Source of the DNA: an uncultured bacterium
GTDB lineage: Bacteria > Bacteroidota > Bacteroidia > Bacteroidales > Muribaculaceae
Assembly (NCBI GenBank): GCA_945612775.1
Contig: CALZAF010000002.1
Location: forward strand, 1,000-64,999
Reading direction: 5' to 3'
DNA length: 64,000 nucleotides
Of the stretch, positions 10,697 to 20,194 are shown piece by piece. Position numbers and translations under genes: made by a program. How positions within the stretch are numbered: the stretch's first letter is position 1; each line of letters opens with the position of its first letter. The notes below the pieces were generated by a model that worked only from the letters and a program-made list of their open reading frames with translations, searched no databases and was not told the DNA's origin.

Positions 10697-11173
10697 ATGG
10701 CGTTAGAAATCGAACACAAATATTTGGTGCAGAACGACAGCTATAAAAATATGGCTACAGAATGCCATCATATAGTGCAAGGCTATATATCTACCGAAAA
10801 GGAACGAACTGTTCGCGTTCGCATCTATGATTCCAAAGGATATATTACTATTAAGGGCAGTGTGGTAGGCGCAACCCGCATGGAATTTGAATACGAGATT
10901 CCTCACGACGATGCCTATACTCTGCTGCACCAGCTTTGCCAAAAGCCAATTATCGACAAACACCGTCACATAGTTAATTTTGAAGGCGAAAAGTGGGAAA
11001 TAGATGAGTTCGATGGGCATCTAAGCGGACTCGTAGTGGCAGAAATAGAAATTCCCGACGAAGGACATTCTTATTCACTGCCACCCTTCGTCGGGAAAAA
11101 CGTCACTGGCGATGCCAGATATTATAATTCCAATCTCATATCAGCCACTTCAGCACCTGAAGAGGCAGAATGA
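10697..11173 (+). CDS. CYTH-domain triphosphate tunnel enzyme (CyaB/ThTPase-like)
   Basis: 158 aa. N-terminal EIEHKYLV (ExExK) signature. Confidence 0.75.
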   Translation: MALEIEHKYLVQNDSYKNMATECHHIVQGYISTEKERTVRVRIYDSKGYITIKGSVVGATRMEFEYEIPHDDAYTLLHQLCQKPIIDKHRHIVNFEGEKWEIDEFDGHLSGLVVAEIEIPDEGHSYSLPPFVGKNVTGDARYYNSNLISATSAPEEAE

Positions 11174-11174
11174 T

Positions 11175-12584
11175 TTATCGCAATTCAAGTCCTACCACAT
11201 TCTCCACATGATGCGTGTGGGGGAACATATCCACTGGCTGAACTTCTACCACACGATACTTCACATCAAGTAGCGCCAAATCTCGCGCCTGAGTGGCTGG
11301 ATTACAGCTAACATATACTATACGCTTTGGTTCAGAATTCAATATCACATTCACCACGTCTTCGTGCATCCCAGCTCTTGGTGGATCCACTATCATAACA
11401 TCCGGACGACCGTTAGCTGCCACGAAATCATCGGTTAAGATATCCTTCATATCACCAGCATAGAACTCAGTATTTGCAATTTCGTTAACGCGAGAATTGA
11501 GTTTTGCATCTTCAATCGCTTCAGGCACATACTCTATGCCAATTACCTTTTTAGCCATCTTTGCCACAAAGTTAGCTATTGTGCCTGTGCCTGTGTAGAG
11601 GTCATACACAAGTTCGTCGCCTGTCAATTTAGCCATACGGCGCGCTACTTTGTATAACTCGTATGCTTGATGAGAATTTGTTTGATAGAACGACTTCGGG
11701 CCTATTCTGAAACGCAAGCCTTCCATCTCTTCTTCTACATATTCGCGGCCACTATAAGCTATAATTTCCTGATCGGCTATAGTGTCGTTAACCTTCAGAT
11801 TAATCACATATTGCAGTGATGTAATCTGTGGGAAGCGCTCTTTGATGGCACTCATCACATCGTCGATAGCAACTTTATTATTCTCACCGAACACCACTAT
11901 CAGCATAATTTCGCCTGTGCTTGTGGTGCGAAGCATAATGGTGCGCATCAAACCATGTTGAGCGCGTAGGTCGTAGAAGGTATAGCCCTTGCTGAGAGCA
12001 TATTCTCGTAAAAATAGACGAATTTCATTTGAGACATTGTCTTGCAGCCAGCATTTTTTGATATCGAGCACCTTGTCGAACGCTCCCGGGATGTGAAATC
12101 CCAGTGCATTGCGGTCGGCGAACTCCTCGCCCGACTGCATCTGCTCATAGGTTAACCAGCATCGATTTGAGAAGGTGTACTCAAGTTTATTGCGATAGTG
12201 GCGAGTGTGCTCCGAGCCAAGAATATTGTTTACTTCAGGCAACTCCACCTTAGCTATTCGCTCAAGTGCATCCACCACCTGCTGACGCTTATATTTCAGT
12301 TGGTATTCATATGGCAAATGCTGCCATTTGCAACCTCCGCAAATGCCAAAATGCTCACAAAATGGCTCGATTCGGATATCGCTTGGCTGCTTCATTGACA
12401 CTATATGGCCTTCGCCATACGATTTTTTCTTTTTGTCGAGTTTTACATCCACCACGTCGCCCGGTGCGCCGTATGGTATAAACACCACCATCTCATCTAC
12501 GCGAGCCAAGCTCTTGCCCTCGGCTGCAACGTCGGTTATCGTAATGTTTTCGAGTATTGGTAACTCTCTTCGTTTTCTGCTCAT
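11175..12584 (-). CDS. rlmD: 23S rRNA (uracil-C5)-methyltransferase RlmD/RumA
   Basis: TRAM-like N-terminus, Fe-S cysteine cluster CEHFGICGGCKWQH, SAM motif DLYTGTGT. ATG 12584 is preferred over the track's TTG 12587. Confidence 0.88.
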   Translation of the reverse strand: MSRKRRELPILENITITDVAAEGKSLARVDEMVVFIPYGAPGDVVDVKLDKKKKSYGEGHIVSMKQPSDIRIEPFCEHFGICGGCKWQHLPYEYQLKYKRQQVVDALERIAKVELPEVNNILGSEHTRHYRNKLEYTFSNRCWLTYEQMQSGEEFADRNALGFHIPGAFDKVLDIKKCWLQDNVSNEIRLFLREYALSKGYTFYDLRAQHGLMRTIMLRTTSTGEIMLIVVFGENNKVAIDDVMSAIKERFPQITSLQYVINLKVNDTIADQEIIAYSGREYVEEEMEGLRFRIGPKSFYQTNSHQAYELYKVARRMAKLTGDELVYDLYTGTGTIANFVAKMAKKVIGIEYVPEAIEDAKLNSRVNEIANTEFYAGDMKDILTDDFVAANGRPDVMIVDPPRAGMHEDVVNVILNSEPKRIVYVSCNPATQARDLALLDVKYRVVEVQPVDMFPHTHHVENVVGLELR

Positions 12585-12605
12585 CAATCAATAATATTTA
12601 TTGTG

Positions 12606-12613
12606 CAAAATTA
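12606..12613 (-). promoter_or_regulatory. -7 promoter motif TAATTTTG (rlmD)
   Basis: Perfect TAnnTTTG on the minus strand, 22 nt upstream of ATG 12584. Confidence 0.45.
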
Positions 12614-12751
12614 CTACTTAATATCGATTTATCACAACCTGATAGAGTATTTATGCATCCATCTGCCAAAACTCGTAGGCAGCAGATAATGCGGATTACT
12701 CCGTGACTAACACGCTGGCATCATAAACGTCTAAAATCACACAAAGGAAAA

Positions 12752-12779
12752 GGGATATGCCAACCTGTCGACATATCCC
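12752..12779 (-). terminator. intrinsic terminator after tRNA-Arg
   Basis: gggatatg/catatccc stem. On the minus strand it is followed by TTTTCCTTTG. Starts 12 nt after the tRNA 3' end. Confidence 0.65.
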
Positions 12780-12790
12780 CTATTTCTCGG

Positions 12791-12864
12791 TGATTCCGGA
12801 GCGATTCGAACGCTCGGCCCACAGCTTAGAAGGCTGTTGCTCTATCCAGCTGAGCTACGGAACC
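12791..12864 (-). tRNA. tRNA-Arg (anticodon TCT)
   Basis: Hand-folded cloverleaf, 74 nt. Acceptor GGTTCCG/CGGAATC, D arm GCTC/GAGC, anticodon stem ACAGC/GCTGT with loop CTTCTAA, T arm GAGCG-TTCGAAT-CGCTC, discriminator A. The 3' CCA is not fully encoded (ACCG). Confidence 0.92.
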
Positions 12865-12898
12865 ATCTTATGCTATACCCATTTTTGTTAAGGTTTTG

Positions 12899-12906
12899 CA
12901 AAATTA
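12899..12906 (-). promoter_or_regulatory. -7 promoter motif TAATTTTG (tRNA-Arg)
   Basis: Perfect TAnnTTTG on the minus strand, 35 nt upstream of the mature tRNA 5' end. Confidence 0.45.
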
Positions 12907-12987
12907 GTGCTTTTTGGTGGCTTAACAAAATTTTAAAGCATTTTTCTGCCACAAAAAAGTATATTATCCAAGAGTGACGTCTGTAAA

Positions 12988-15657
12988 TTATCTTCCACTA
13001 CCCTCAATGCACTCTTTCACGAGCTCGGAGAACTTTGTATTTGCCATCAAATCTTCGAGCGTTAAATGCATTCTATAGCGCCAATAGTGACGAGAGTTTG
13101 CGGGTATATTTATCTGCTCTTCTTTTGGATTAGCACGACGAATATTGCCATCCATCGACATCCAGTCTTGCAATGGCAGGATACACAAAATAGATGGCGA
13201 CTTCAAGCAGTCTTCGAGCATCATTCGGCAAATTTCTGGAGTAGCCACTTGTGGTGCAGTGCCTTCGAGATGCAGCTCGTTGTTGTAATAGCGCTGTGTG
13301 GCAGCAGGATTTTCCTCCCACCAACCTCTAACGCCCGACATGTCGTGCGTAGATGTTGTGCTTACGCTCAAATATGGGTATTCAGCTGTTCTACCGAATT
13401 CCACGCCTGTTTCTTTAGGCATGCGAGGAATCTCAAGCGAAAGGTATCTCTGCCAGTTCATCACATTTTCTACGCAAGCCGGAATCATGCCAAGGTCTTC
13501 TCCACACACAAGCATATCGGTAGATTGTGTGATAGCAGGAAGCTTCATCATAGCATTGTCTTGCCAGAATATGTTGTGACGATGATAGAAGAAATCTTCA
13601 TACAAACGGTTGAAGCAACCCTTTTCGTAGTCATTTAGCCAAGCATAGACGTGTGTCTGATATGCGCTGATGCGTGGGTGGAACTTATTGCTGTCGTAGC
13701 GGTCAACAATGAATAGCACATCATCGAGAGCTTTCATCAAACCGTCTTTCAGCTTATTATTCTTTTCGTCTTCGGCAAATTGACCAAAGTAATCGAGCAC
13801 TTTCTTCTGCGTGTTCACAAAGTCTTGCACTTCGTAGCGACCATCGCCTATTGCATATAGGAATCGTTCCTTAGCTTCTTCGGTATATTCACCAAAGTAT
13901 TCTCCCACAAAGTAATCGTGGATATAGGGTTGAGTGAAGCGCTCACGATTCATATAGAATCCATAGTTGTAGCGCATCTCATCAGAAGTTAATGGAAGTG
14001 CTGGATAGAATGTACCCAGCAATCCGTGAACTGAATCGGTAGGTATCTGCCATATTCTGAAGAAACCTAATATGTGGTCGATGCGATATGCATCGAAATA
14101 TTCTGCCATCTTAGCAAAGCGGCGCTTCCACCAGCGATAACCATCTTGCTGCATCACCTCCCAGTTGTAGGTAGGGAATCCCCAGTTCTGTCCGAGTACC
14201 GAGAAGTCATCAGGTGGCGCACCTGCCTGACAATCCATATTATACAATCGTGGATCTACCCAAGCATCTACACTATCGGAGCTGATACCGATAGGAATAT
14301 CGCCCTTTAGAACCACATTGTGCTTGTGCGCATAGTTCCTGACCTCGCGAAGCTGCTTATCGAGGTGATATTGAACAAAATACACGAAGTTGGCGGTTTC
14401 TTGATTCTCGCTCAAGAAATTTTCTATCTTCGCTTCATCATATACTGCATATTCTCCCCAGCTGCGGTAGTTTGCAGTTTTGTGCATATCGCGAAGCACA
14501 CAGTATGCAGCGTATGGTTTAAGCCAATCGGCATTATTTTTCACAAATGTGCGGAATGCTACTGACGCAACAGTCTTTTTGCCAACTTGGGCAAATAGCG
14601 CTTTTGCATAATCCTCCTTCAATTTAGTTGCCTCCGTGTAATCAACTTCAGGCTTCGCGTTAAGCATTTTTGCCTTCTCTTTAAACCAGCCCAATAGTTT
14701 TTCGTCTTGAAGTTCTGCTATTGCATCAGGACGCAAATACATTGGATGCAAAGCGAATGCCGAGTTTGCATTATATGGATATGAATCTTGCCATGTTCGC
14801 GACATTGTGGTATCGTTGATTGGCAAAATCTGAATGATTCGTTGCTTTGTGGACTCTGCCCAATCAATCAGCTTAAACAAATCATAAAAATCACCTACAC
14901 CATAGTCGTCTTCGCTACGAAGCGAGAACACAGGTATTGCCGTTCCGGCACCCTTCCACTGACTTAATGGGTTATTAATATATAGACTATTATATACCAC
15001 TACCCCATCGGTAATCGACTCGTTTTCGGTTAGTCGGTTACGGCCGTTCTCCCATGCCACGAAAGTGCGCATCTTTTGATTGAGAATCACGAACTTATAT
15101 TCAAAGTCGTTTTCTGCATTTGGCAGTGCAATAGTCCACTTAGGAAAATCGGTGCAGTTCATCACCTTGGCGCTATGAATATCCCACGATCCCAATTCTT
15201 TGGTCTCGCCAGTAATTGCCACAGCCATTTCTGGGCTAACCATTGGTGCATAAACGCTTATTACCACGCCATTAGGTTCTACCACCACCTTTTTTTCATC
15301 GGTTTTGTGGTTGAATATGCCCTTAGTGAATGCTGTAGAATAAAATGGAGCTTCGTCGGGCAAATCCTTCCATGCGTCATAAACATATAATTTGGTTGCC
15401 GATGTCTCAAAGTTGAGAGTATGAGCCTTACCCCACTCTCTTCTAAGCACATTACCATCGTCGGTTTTAATCAAAAAATGATATTCCAAACCGTCATTAC
15501 TTTCCACATCAAATTCAGCAATCCACATATCACCGTATTCTGGCGACATCCTAAGCGCTTTGTTCTCGTCGTTACTGCCGAGTGAGGCACAGTTTCCTGT
15601 CAGATATACCGATTCTCCCCAATGAGTGCGATAATTTAATGTTATAGCGATTTTCAT
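12988..15657 (-). CDS. malQ: 4-alpha-glucanotransferase (GH77 amylomaltase) with N-terminal starch-binding-like module
   Basis: 889 aa. GH77 core segments YRIDHILGFFRIWQIP and LVCGEDLGMIP. Long Bacteroidota-type architecture. Confidence 0.88.
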   Translation of the reverse strand: MKIAITLNYRTHWGESVYLTGNCASLGSNDENKALRMSPEYGDMWIAEFDVESNDGLEYHFLIKTDDGNVLRREWGKAHTLNFETSATKLYVYDAWKDLPDEAPFYSTAFTKGIFNHKTDEKKVVVEPNGVVISVYAPMVSPEMAVAITGETKELGSWDIHSAKVMNCTDFPKWTIALPNAENDFEYKFVILNQKMRTFVAWENGRNRLTENESITDGVVVYNSLYINNPLSQWKGAGTAIPVFSLRSEDDYGVGDFYDLFKLIDWAESTKQRIIQILPINDTTMSRTWQDSYPYNANSAFALHPMYLRPDAIAELQDEKLLGWFKEKAKMLNAKPEVDYTEATKLKEDYAKALFAQVGKKTVASVAFRTFVKNNADWLKPYAAYCVLRDMHKTANYRSWGEYAVYDEAKIENFLSENQETANFVYFVQYHLDKQLREVRNYAHKHNVVLKGDIPIGISSDSVDAWVDPRLYNMDCQAGAPPDDFSVLGQNWGFPTYNWEVMQQDGYRWWKRRFAKMAEYFDAYRIDHILGFFRIWQIPTDSVHGLLGTFYPALPLTSDEMRYNYGFYMNRERFTQPYIHDYFVGEYFGEYTEEAKERFLYAIGDGRYEVQDFVNTQKKVLDYFGQFAEDEKNNKLKDGLMKALDDVLFIVDRYDSNKFHPRISAYQTHVYAWLNDYEKGCFNRLYEDFFYHRHNIFWQDNAMMKLPAITQSTDMLVCGEDLGMIPACVENVMNWQRYLSLEIPRMPKETGVEFGRTAEYPYLSVSTTSTHDMSGVRGWWEENPAATQRYYNNELHLEGTAPQVATPEICRMMLEDCLKSPSILCILPLQDWMSMDGNIRRANPKEEQINIPANSRHYWRYRMHLTLEDLMANTKFSELVKECIEGSGR

Positions 15658-15695
15658 AATCTATTATGATTTTAGTTTTATTTCTTCCTTATGTT

Positions 15696-18236
15696 TTAAC
15701 CGCATTTCGAAGTTCCACAAGTGGTGCAAATCAAGCATCCTTCTTGGTATATCAATGTCTCAGCACCGCAGTTTGGACATTTTTGTCCACTTGCCTGCAT
15801 GCCATTCGGTAGATATTTCTTCAATGCTCGTTCCACACCCATCTTCCATGTGTTTATCGACTGGCTGTCGAGTTCAAGACCGCCCACAAGTTTGAGCACT
15901 TGGTCGATAGGCATACCATAGCGCAAAACGCCCGAAATCAACTTGGCATAGTTCCAGAATTCCGGATTAAACTTATCGCTAAGGCCTTCTATGGTAGTCT
16001 TATAGCCGCGTTTGTTGATAAATTGGAAGTCGTAGCGCTTATTGCCATTCTCGTCGATAGCCTTAATAATCTTACCTTTTGTAACCGACTTTGGGCAGAA
16101 GATGCCTTCTTCATCGTCGGCAAGTCCTGTAAAGATTTCATAAGGGCGGTTGTTGATAAGCCCGATAAAGGCAATCCACTTCTCCTTATTATTCTGGAAA
16201 CGTACCACATCAGCATCAAGTTCTATTGGGCGTTTCAAGAATCGCTCTTCTTCAGCCATGTAGTGTGGCACTTCAGCAGGCTTCTTTTCTTCTTTAGTGG
16301 CAGCGATGAGCACGCCCGAACGCGATCCGTCGCGATATACAGTGCATCCCTTGCATCCATTCTTCCAAGCTTCTACATAAAGCTCGTTTACGAGAGTTTC
16401 CGACACATCACTTGGCAGGTTTATGGTCACACTAATAGAGTGGTCAACCCACTTCTGCACTCGGCCTTGCATCTTCACCTTTTCTACCCAATCTACGTCA
16501 GTAGATGTAGCCTTATAGTATGGCGAACGTTTAACTATCTCGTCAAGTTCTTCTTGCGAATAATTATCCTTTATCTCGATGCCATTGACCTCCATCCATT
16601 TCACAAACTTCTGGTGATAAACCACATATTCTTCGAATGCATCACCGCTTTCGTCGGTGTAGTCGATTCGAACATCGCGGTCGTTAGGATTAACCTTACG
16701 GCGGCGTTTATACACTGGCATAAACACAGGTTCGATTCCTGATGTAGTCTGCGTCATAAGGCTTGTGGTGCCTGTAGGCGCTATAGTGAGGCAAGCGATG
16801 TTTCGTCGGCCATATTTCTTGGCAAGATCGCGCAATTCAGGGTCGGCATCATACAGACGATTCACGAAAGGATTTGCCGATTCGCGCTCAAAGTCGTAGA
16901 TTTCGAATGCGCCACGTTCCTTTGCCATATTGATTGACGAACGATAGGCGGCTAAAGCCAATTCGCGGTGAACTTTTTCCGAAAAATCGGTGGCTTCTTC
17001 GGTGCCATAGCGTAAACCTAATGCTGCAAGCATATCACCCTCGGCGGTAGTACCCACACCAGTGCGGCGACCCTTAGCCGTCTTTGTTTTAATCTTGTCC
17101 CATAGATTCAATTCGGTAGCTTTAACCTCCAAAGTTTCAGGGTCGCTGTTGATTTTTGCCACTATTCTATCGATTCGCTCCATTTCAAGGTCGATAATGT
17201 CGTCCATTATGCGCTGAGCAGCTGCAATATGCTTCTTAAATAGGTCGAAGTTAAATCGAGCCTCTGATGTAAACGGATTCTCCACATAAGAATAAAGGTT
17301 TATCGCAAGCAGTCGGCAACTGTCATACGGACACAATGGAATTTCGCCACAAGGATTAGTTGAAATAGTCTTAAATCCGAGGTCGGCATAGCAGTCAGGC
17401 ACCGACTCGCGCGTTATTGTATCCCAGAACAACACACCAGGTTCTGCGCTCTTCCAAGCATTGTGTATAATTTTATTCCACAAAGCCTTTGCGTCGATTT
17501 TCTTCTCAAGCGTTGGATTCTCTGAATATACAGGGAATTTTTGAGTATATTCACCGTCTTCGGTGGCGGCGCGCATAAACTCATCGTCTATTCTTACCGA
17601 AACATTAGCTCCTGTAATCTTGCCTTCGGTCATCTTAGCATCGATAAACGCCTCTGCTTCGGGGTGATTGATGCTTACGGTGAGCATCAATGCTCCACGA
17701 CGGCCATCTTGAGCCACTTCGCGAGTACTATTAGAATAACGCTCCATAAATGGCACTATTCCGGTCGAAGTAAGAGCCGAATTCTTTACAGGAAATCCCT
17801 TTGGACGCAAGTGCGACAGGTCGTGACCTACTCCGCCACGACGTTTCATAAGCTGCACCTGCTCCTCATCCATCTTGAGTATGCCGCCGTAACTATCGGG
17901 CTCACCATCGAGACCTACCACAAAGCAGTTAGATAACGACCCTACTTGATAGTCATTGCCAATACCCGACATCGGGCTTCCTTGAGGCACAATAAACCTA
18001 AAATCTTTGATGAGTTCAAAAACATCTTCCTCCGACATTGGGTTCTGATATTTCGACTCAATCCTTGCAATCTCTCTTGCCAATCGGTGATGCATATCGT
18101 CGGGAGTCTTTTCGTAGATGTTGCCAAACGAATCCTTTAATGCATATTTGCTTACCCATACTTTTGCGGCAAGCTCGTCACCTTTAAAATAATTTACCGA
18201 AGCCTCGTATGCTTCGTCGAATGAATATGTAGCCAT
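15696..18236 (-). CDS. nrdJ: adenosylcobalamin-dependent (class II) ribonucleotide reductase
   Basis: 846 aa. Active-site NPCGEI, TIAPTGT segment, C-terminal Cys-rich tail CPNCG...CTTCG. Confidence 0.88.
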   Translation of the reverse strand: MATYSFDEAYEASVNYFKGDELAAKVWVSKYALKDSFGNIYEKTPDDMHHRLAREIARIESKYQNPMSEEDVFELIKDFRFIVPQGSPMSGIGNDYQVGSLSNCFVVGLDGEPDSYGGILKMDEEQVQLMKRRGGVGHDLSHLRPKGFPVKNSALTSTGIVPFMERYSNSTREVAQDGRRGALMLTVSINHPEAEAFIDAKMTEGKITGANVSVRIDDEFMRAATEDGEYTQKFPVYSENPTLEKKIDAKALWNKIIHNAWKSAEPGVLFWDTITRESVPDCYADLGFKTISTNPCGEIPLCPYDSCRLLAINLYSYVENPFTSEARFNFDLFKKHIAAAQRIMDDIIDLEMERIDRIVAKINSDPETLEVKATELNLWDKIKTKTAKGRRTGVGTTAEGDMLAALGLRYGTEEATDFSEKVHRELALAAYRSSINMAKERGAFEIYDFERESANPFVNRLYDADPELRDLAKKYGRRNIACLTIAPTGTTSLMTQTTSGIEPVFMPVYKRRRKVNPNDRDVRIDYTDESGDAFEEYVVYHQKFVKWMEVNGIEIKDNYSQEELDEIVKRSPYYKATSTDVDWVEKVKMQGRVQKWVDHSISVTINLPSDVSETLVNELYVEAWKNGCKGCTVYRDGSRSGVLIAATKEEKKPAEVPHYMAEEERFLKRPIELDADVVRFQNNKEKWIAFIGLINNRPYEIFTGLADDEEGIFCPKSVTKGKIIKAIDENGNKRYDFQFINKRGYKTTIEGLSDKFNPEFWNYAKLISGVLRYGMPIDQVLKLVGGLELDSQSINTWKMGVERALKKYLPNGMQASGQKCPNCGAETLIYQEGCLICTTCGTSKCG

Positions 18237-18431
18237 TGTTAGTTTATGTGTTATACAATAGCGACAAATTTACTCAAAATATTCGACATTTTGCAAATGA
18301 ATTGCTTGCCATTTATTAACATACTGCACACAATGCGCTCTGGACTATTCTACGCTTATTATTACACTTCGGTCTTTAGATTTTTTCGCATCTATTGCGC
18401 TCGTACAGTTTGATTGTTAGCATTATTTGTT

Positions 18432-18439
18432 TATCTTTG
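18432..18439 (+). promoter_or_regulatory. -7 promoter motif TATCTTTG (sialidase gene)
   Basis: Perfect TAnnTTTG, 67 nt upstream of ATG 18506. Confidence 0.45.
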
Positions 18440-18505
18440 TATAACTTCAAATGAAGGCGGAAGTATTTACAAACTTACTTTATCTAAACCACATTTATTA
18501 AAACT

Positions 18506-19888
18506 ATGACACTTAAATCAAGAATCCTTTGTGGTATTGCTGCCATAGCTCTTTTACCATGCAGCAAAACATCAGCACAAACTGTGCTATTCGACACCGA
18601 TACAGCCAAACACATCTTCTATCGCATCCCTGCAATAGTGGCTAACGGCAACACATTGCTCTACTTTACCGACGATCGCTCTGGTGTAACTGATGCTACT
18701 GCTTGGGGCGATATTGGCTCAGAAGGCAACATCAGCATTATTGCTCGCCGCAGCGCCAATCTCGGGCGCACTTGGAAGCCAGAGGTAGAGATGGTGGCAA
18801 AAGGTTTTGGCAAAAGCGGCTTCGACAAAGGTCACGGCGATGCAGCTGTGGTATGCGACCGTGAGAGCGGCAAGATGCTGCTAATGTGTGCTTCAGGCGA
18901 TGTAAGCTACGGCAGAAGCAGTGTTAAGGTTAATTCCAGCGCAAGCGGTATGTCGCTCGACCTTAGCCGCGCGCAACGCGTAGGACGCTACTACAGCAAC
19001 GACAATGGCAAAACTTGGAACGGCGAGGAAATCACTGCCGACATATATAACTTGTTTCCGCCCAAAGCTCCTGCCGACGGTAAGGCAGAGGCTTCGGTCT
19101 ATCGTCTATTCTTCTCAAGTGGACGAATCTGCCAAAGTTCACTTATCAAGCATGGTGAATACTACCGCATCTATTCTGTAATTACCACCAATCGCGGCAG
19201 TCTTGTTCTATATTCCGACGATTTCGGTGGCAAATGGCTCCCTCTTGGCGGTGCTAATGCTCAACCAGCTCCACAAGGTGACGAGGCTAAGGTTGAAGAA
19301 CTTCCCGATGGAAGCGTATTGCTAAGCTGTCGCATGTTCGGCGGACGATATTTCAATATCTATAATTACGAATCTACTGCCGAAGCCACAGGATCGTGGG
19401 GCAATGTTGTGGCATCAACATCACTCGATGGCGGTACTGCCACCAAAAACAATGCCACAAATGGTGAAATTCTTATAGTTCCTGCACGCGATAGAGTTGG
19501 CAACGCTGTATATCTGGCATTGCAGTCCACACCATTCGGACAAGATAATCCCAACGAAACTAACAATGTGCGCCGTTGCAATGTGTCAATCTACTGGAAA
19601 GTTCTTGCTACTCCAGCCGATTATGCAAAACCTGAATGTTTTATAGGAGGATGGAATCGATTCCAAGTTAGCGATAAGCGTTCGGCATATTCAACTATGG
19701 TGCTCGACCGCAAAGGACGCATTGCATTTGCCTACGAGGATATGGGCGAATTGCTCGTTGTTGGCAGTCAACCTGCCGATGTGTATGATATTACTTTCCA
19801 AACGCTCACTATAAAAGAAATCACAGGTGGCGAATACACCTACAGCAACAAGAAAGACCACCGAAGCAAATTCCTAATGCGTAGATAA
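18506..19888 (+). CDS. exo-alpha-sialidase (GH33), secreted or lipoprotein
   Basis: 460 aa. YRIP motif (FYRIPAIV). Asp-boxes SNDNGKTW, SANLGRTW and SDDFGGKW. Signal peptide with a possible lipobox (ALLPCS). Confidence 0.85.
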   Translation: MTLKSRILCGIAAIALLPCSKTSAQTVLFDTDTAKHIFYRIPAIVANGNTLLYFTDDRSGVTDATAWGDIGSEGNISIIARRSANLGRTWKPEVEMVAKGFGKSGFDKGHGDAAVVCDRESGKMLLMCASGDVSYGRSSVKVNSSASGMSLDLSRAQRVGRYYSNDNGKTWNGEEITADIYNLFPPKAPADGKAEASVYRLFFSSGRICQSSLIKHGEYYRIYSVITTNRGSLVLYSDDFGGKWLPLGGANAQPAPQGDEAKVEELPDGSVLLSCRMFGGRYFNIYNYESTAEATGSWGNVVASTSLDGGTATKNNATNGEILIVPARDRVGNAVYLALQSTPFGQDNPNETNNVRRCNVSIYWKVLATPADYAKPECFIGGWNRFQVSDKRSAYSTMVLDRKGRIAFAYEDMGELLVVGSQPADVYDITFQTLTIKEITGGEYTYSNKKDHRSKFLMRR

Positions 19889-19904
19889 TATCAAAACCCA
19901 TATC

Positions 19905-19938
19905 AATGAGCCCAGCACCACATCGTGTTGGGCTCATT
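19905..19938 (+). terminator. hairpin after the sialidase gene
   Basis: aatgagccca/tgggctcatt 10-bp stem, 17 nt after the stop. No clear U-tract. Confidence 0.45.
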
Positions 19939-19948
19939 AACTTCGTAT

Positions 19949-19985
19949 AAAAAAGAAAGTGCCACTTCGTGGATGGAAATGGCAC
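19949..19985 (-). terminator. terminator-like hairpin after the 52-codon small ORF
   Basis: gtgcca/tggcac stem. On the minus strand it is followed by TTTCTTTTTT. Begins 19 nt after the small-ORF stop. Confidence 0.4.
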
Positions 19986-20004
19986 ATTCAGCAATTTTTT
20001 TTCT

Positions 20005-20163
20005 TTAATTTGCAATGAAACCGCCCAATTCGGGTTGAGCCATTGGCCTATACGAATAGATTCGTGCAAATTGTTTTATAAAATCAATTGACTTCTGTTT
20101 AGGACCTGATGTCTCATTTTCGTTTCCTTTGCAATTTTTCTTGGGGGTGTAGATTTTTTGCAT
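20005..20163 (-). CDS. unannotated small protein, 52 aa (MQKIYTPKKNCKGNENETSGPKQKSIDFIKQFARIYSYRPMAQPELGGFIAN)
   Basis: My own translation; it is below the 60-aa cutoff of the ORF track. ATG 20163, TAA 20007-20005. It is framed by a perfect -7 motif 24 nt upstream and a hairpin plus U-tract downstream. Confidence 0.4.
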   Translation of the reverse strand: MQKIYTPKKNCKGNENETSGPKQKSIDFIKQFARIYSYRPMAQPELGGFIAN

Positions 20164-20186
20164 AGGCAACTAAGTTTGTTATTGTT

Positions 20187-20194
20187 CAAATATA
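20187..20194 (-). promoter_or_regulatory. -7 promoter motif TATATTTG (small ORF)
   Basis: Perfect TAnnTTTG on the minus strand, 24 nt upstream of ATG 20163. Confidence 0.4.

Noticed and set aside
12588-12987. tRNA-Arg as an integration hotspot or mobile-element boundary.
   Set aside because: There is no integrase, no repeat of the tRNA 3' end and no obvious foreign genes on either side. The flanks are rlmD and malQ.
18237-18505. Cobalamin riboswitch upstream of the B12-dependent nrdJ.
   Set aside because: I saw no B12-box-like GCCACTG core or extended conserved helices on the minus strand. The region looks like ordinary AT-rich divergent promoter DNA.
18506-19888. Sialidase gene as a recent horizontal acquisition based on composition.
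   Set aside because: Hand GC counts of two 60-nt lines (31/60 and 30/60) match core genes such as glnS (32/60).
19821-20069. 82-aa minus-strand ORF from the track.
   Set aside because: It overlaps the sialidase 3' end and would be translated straight through two terminator hairpins. It is Cys-rich nonsense and in a different frame from the better supported 52-codon ORF.
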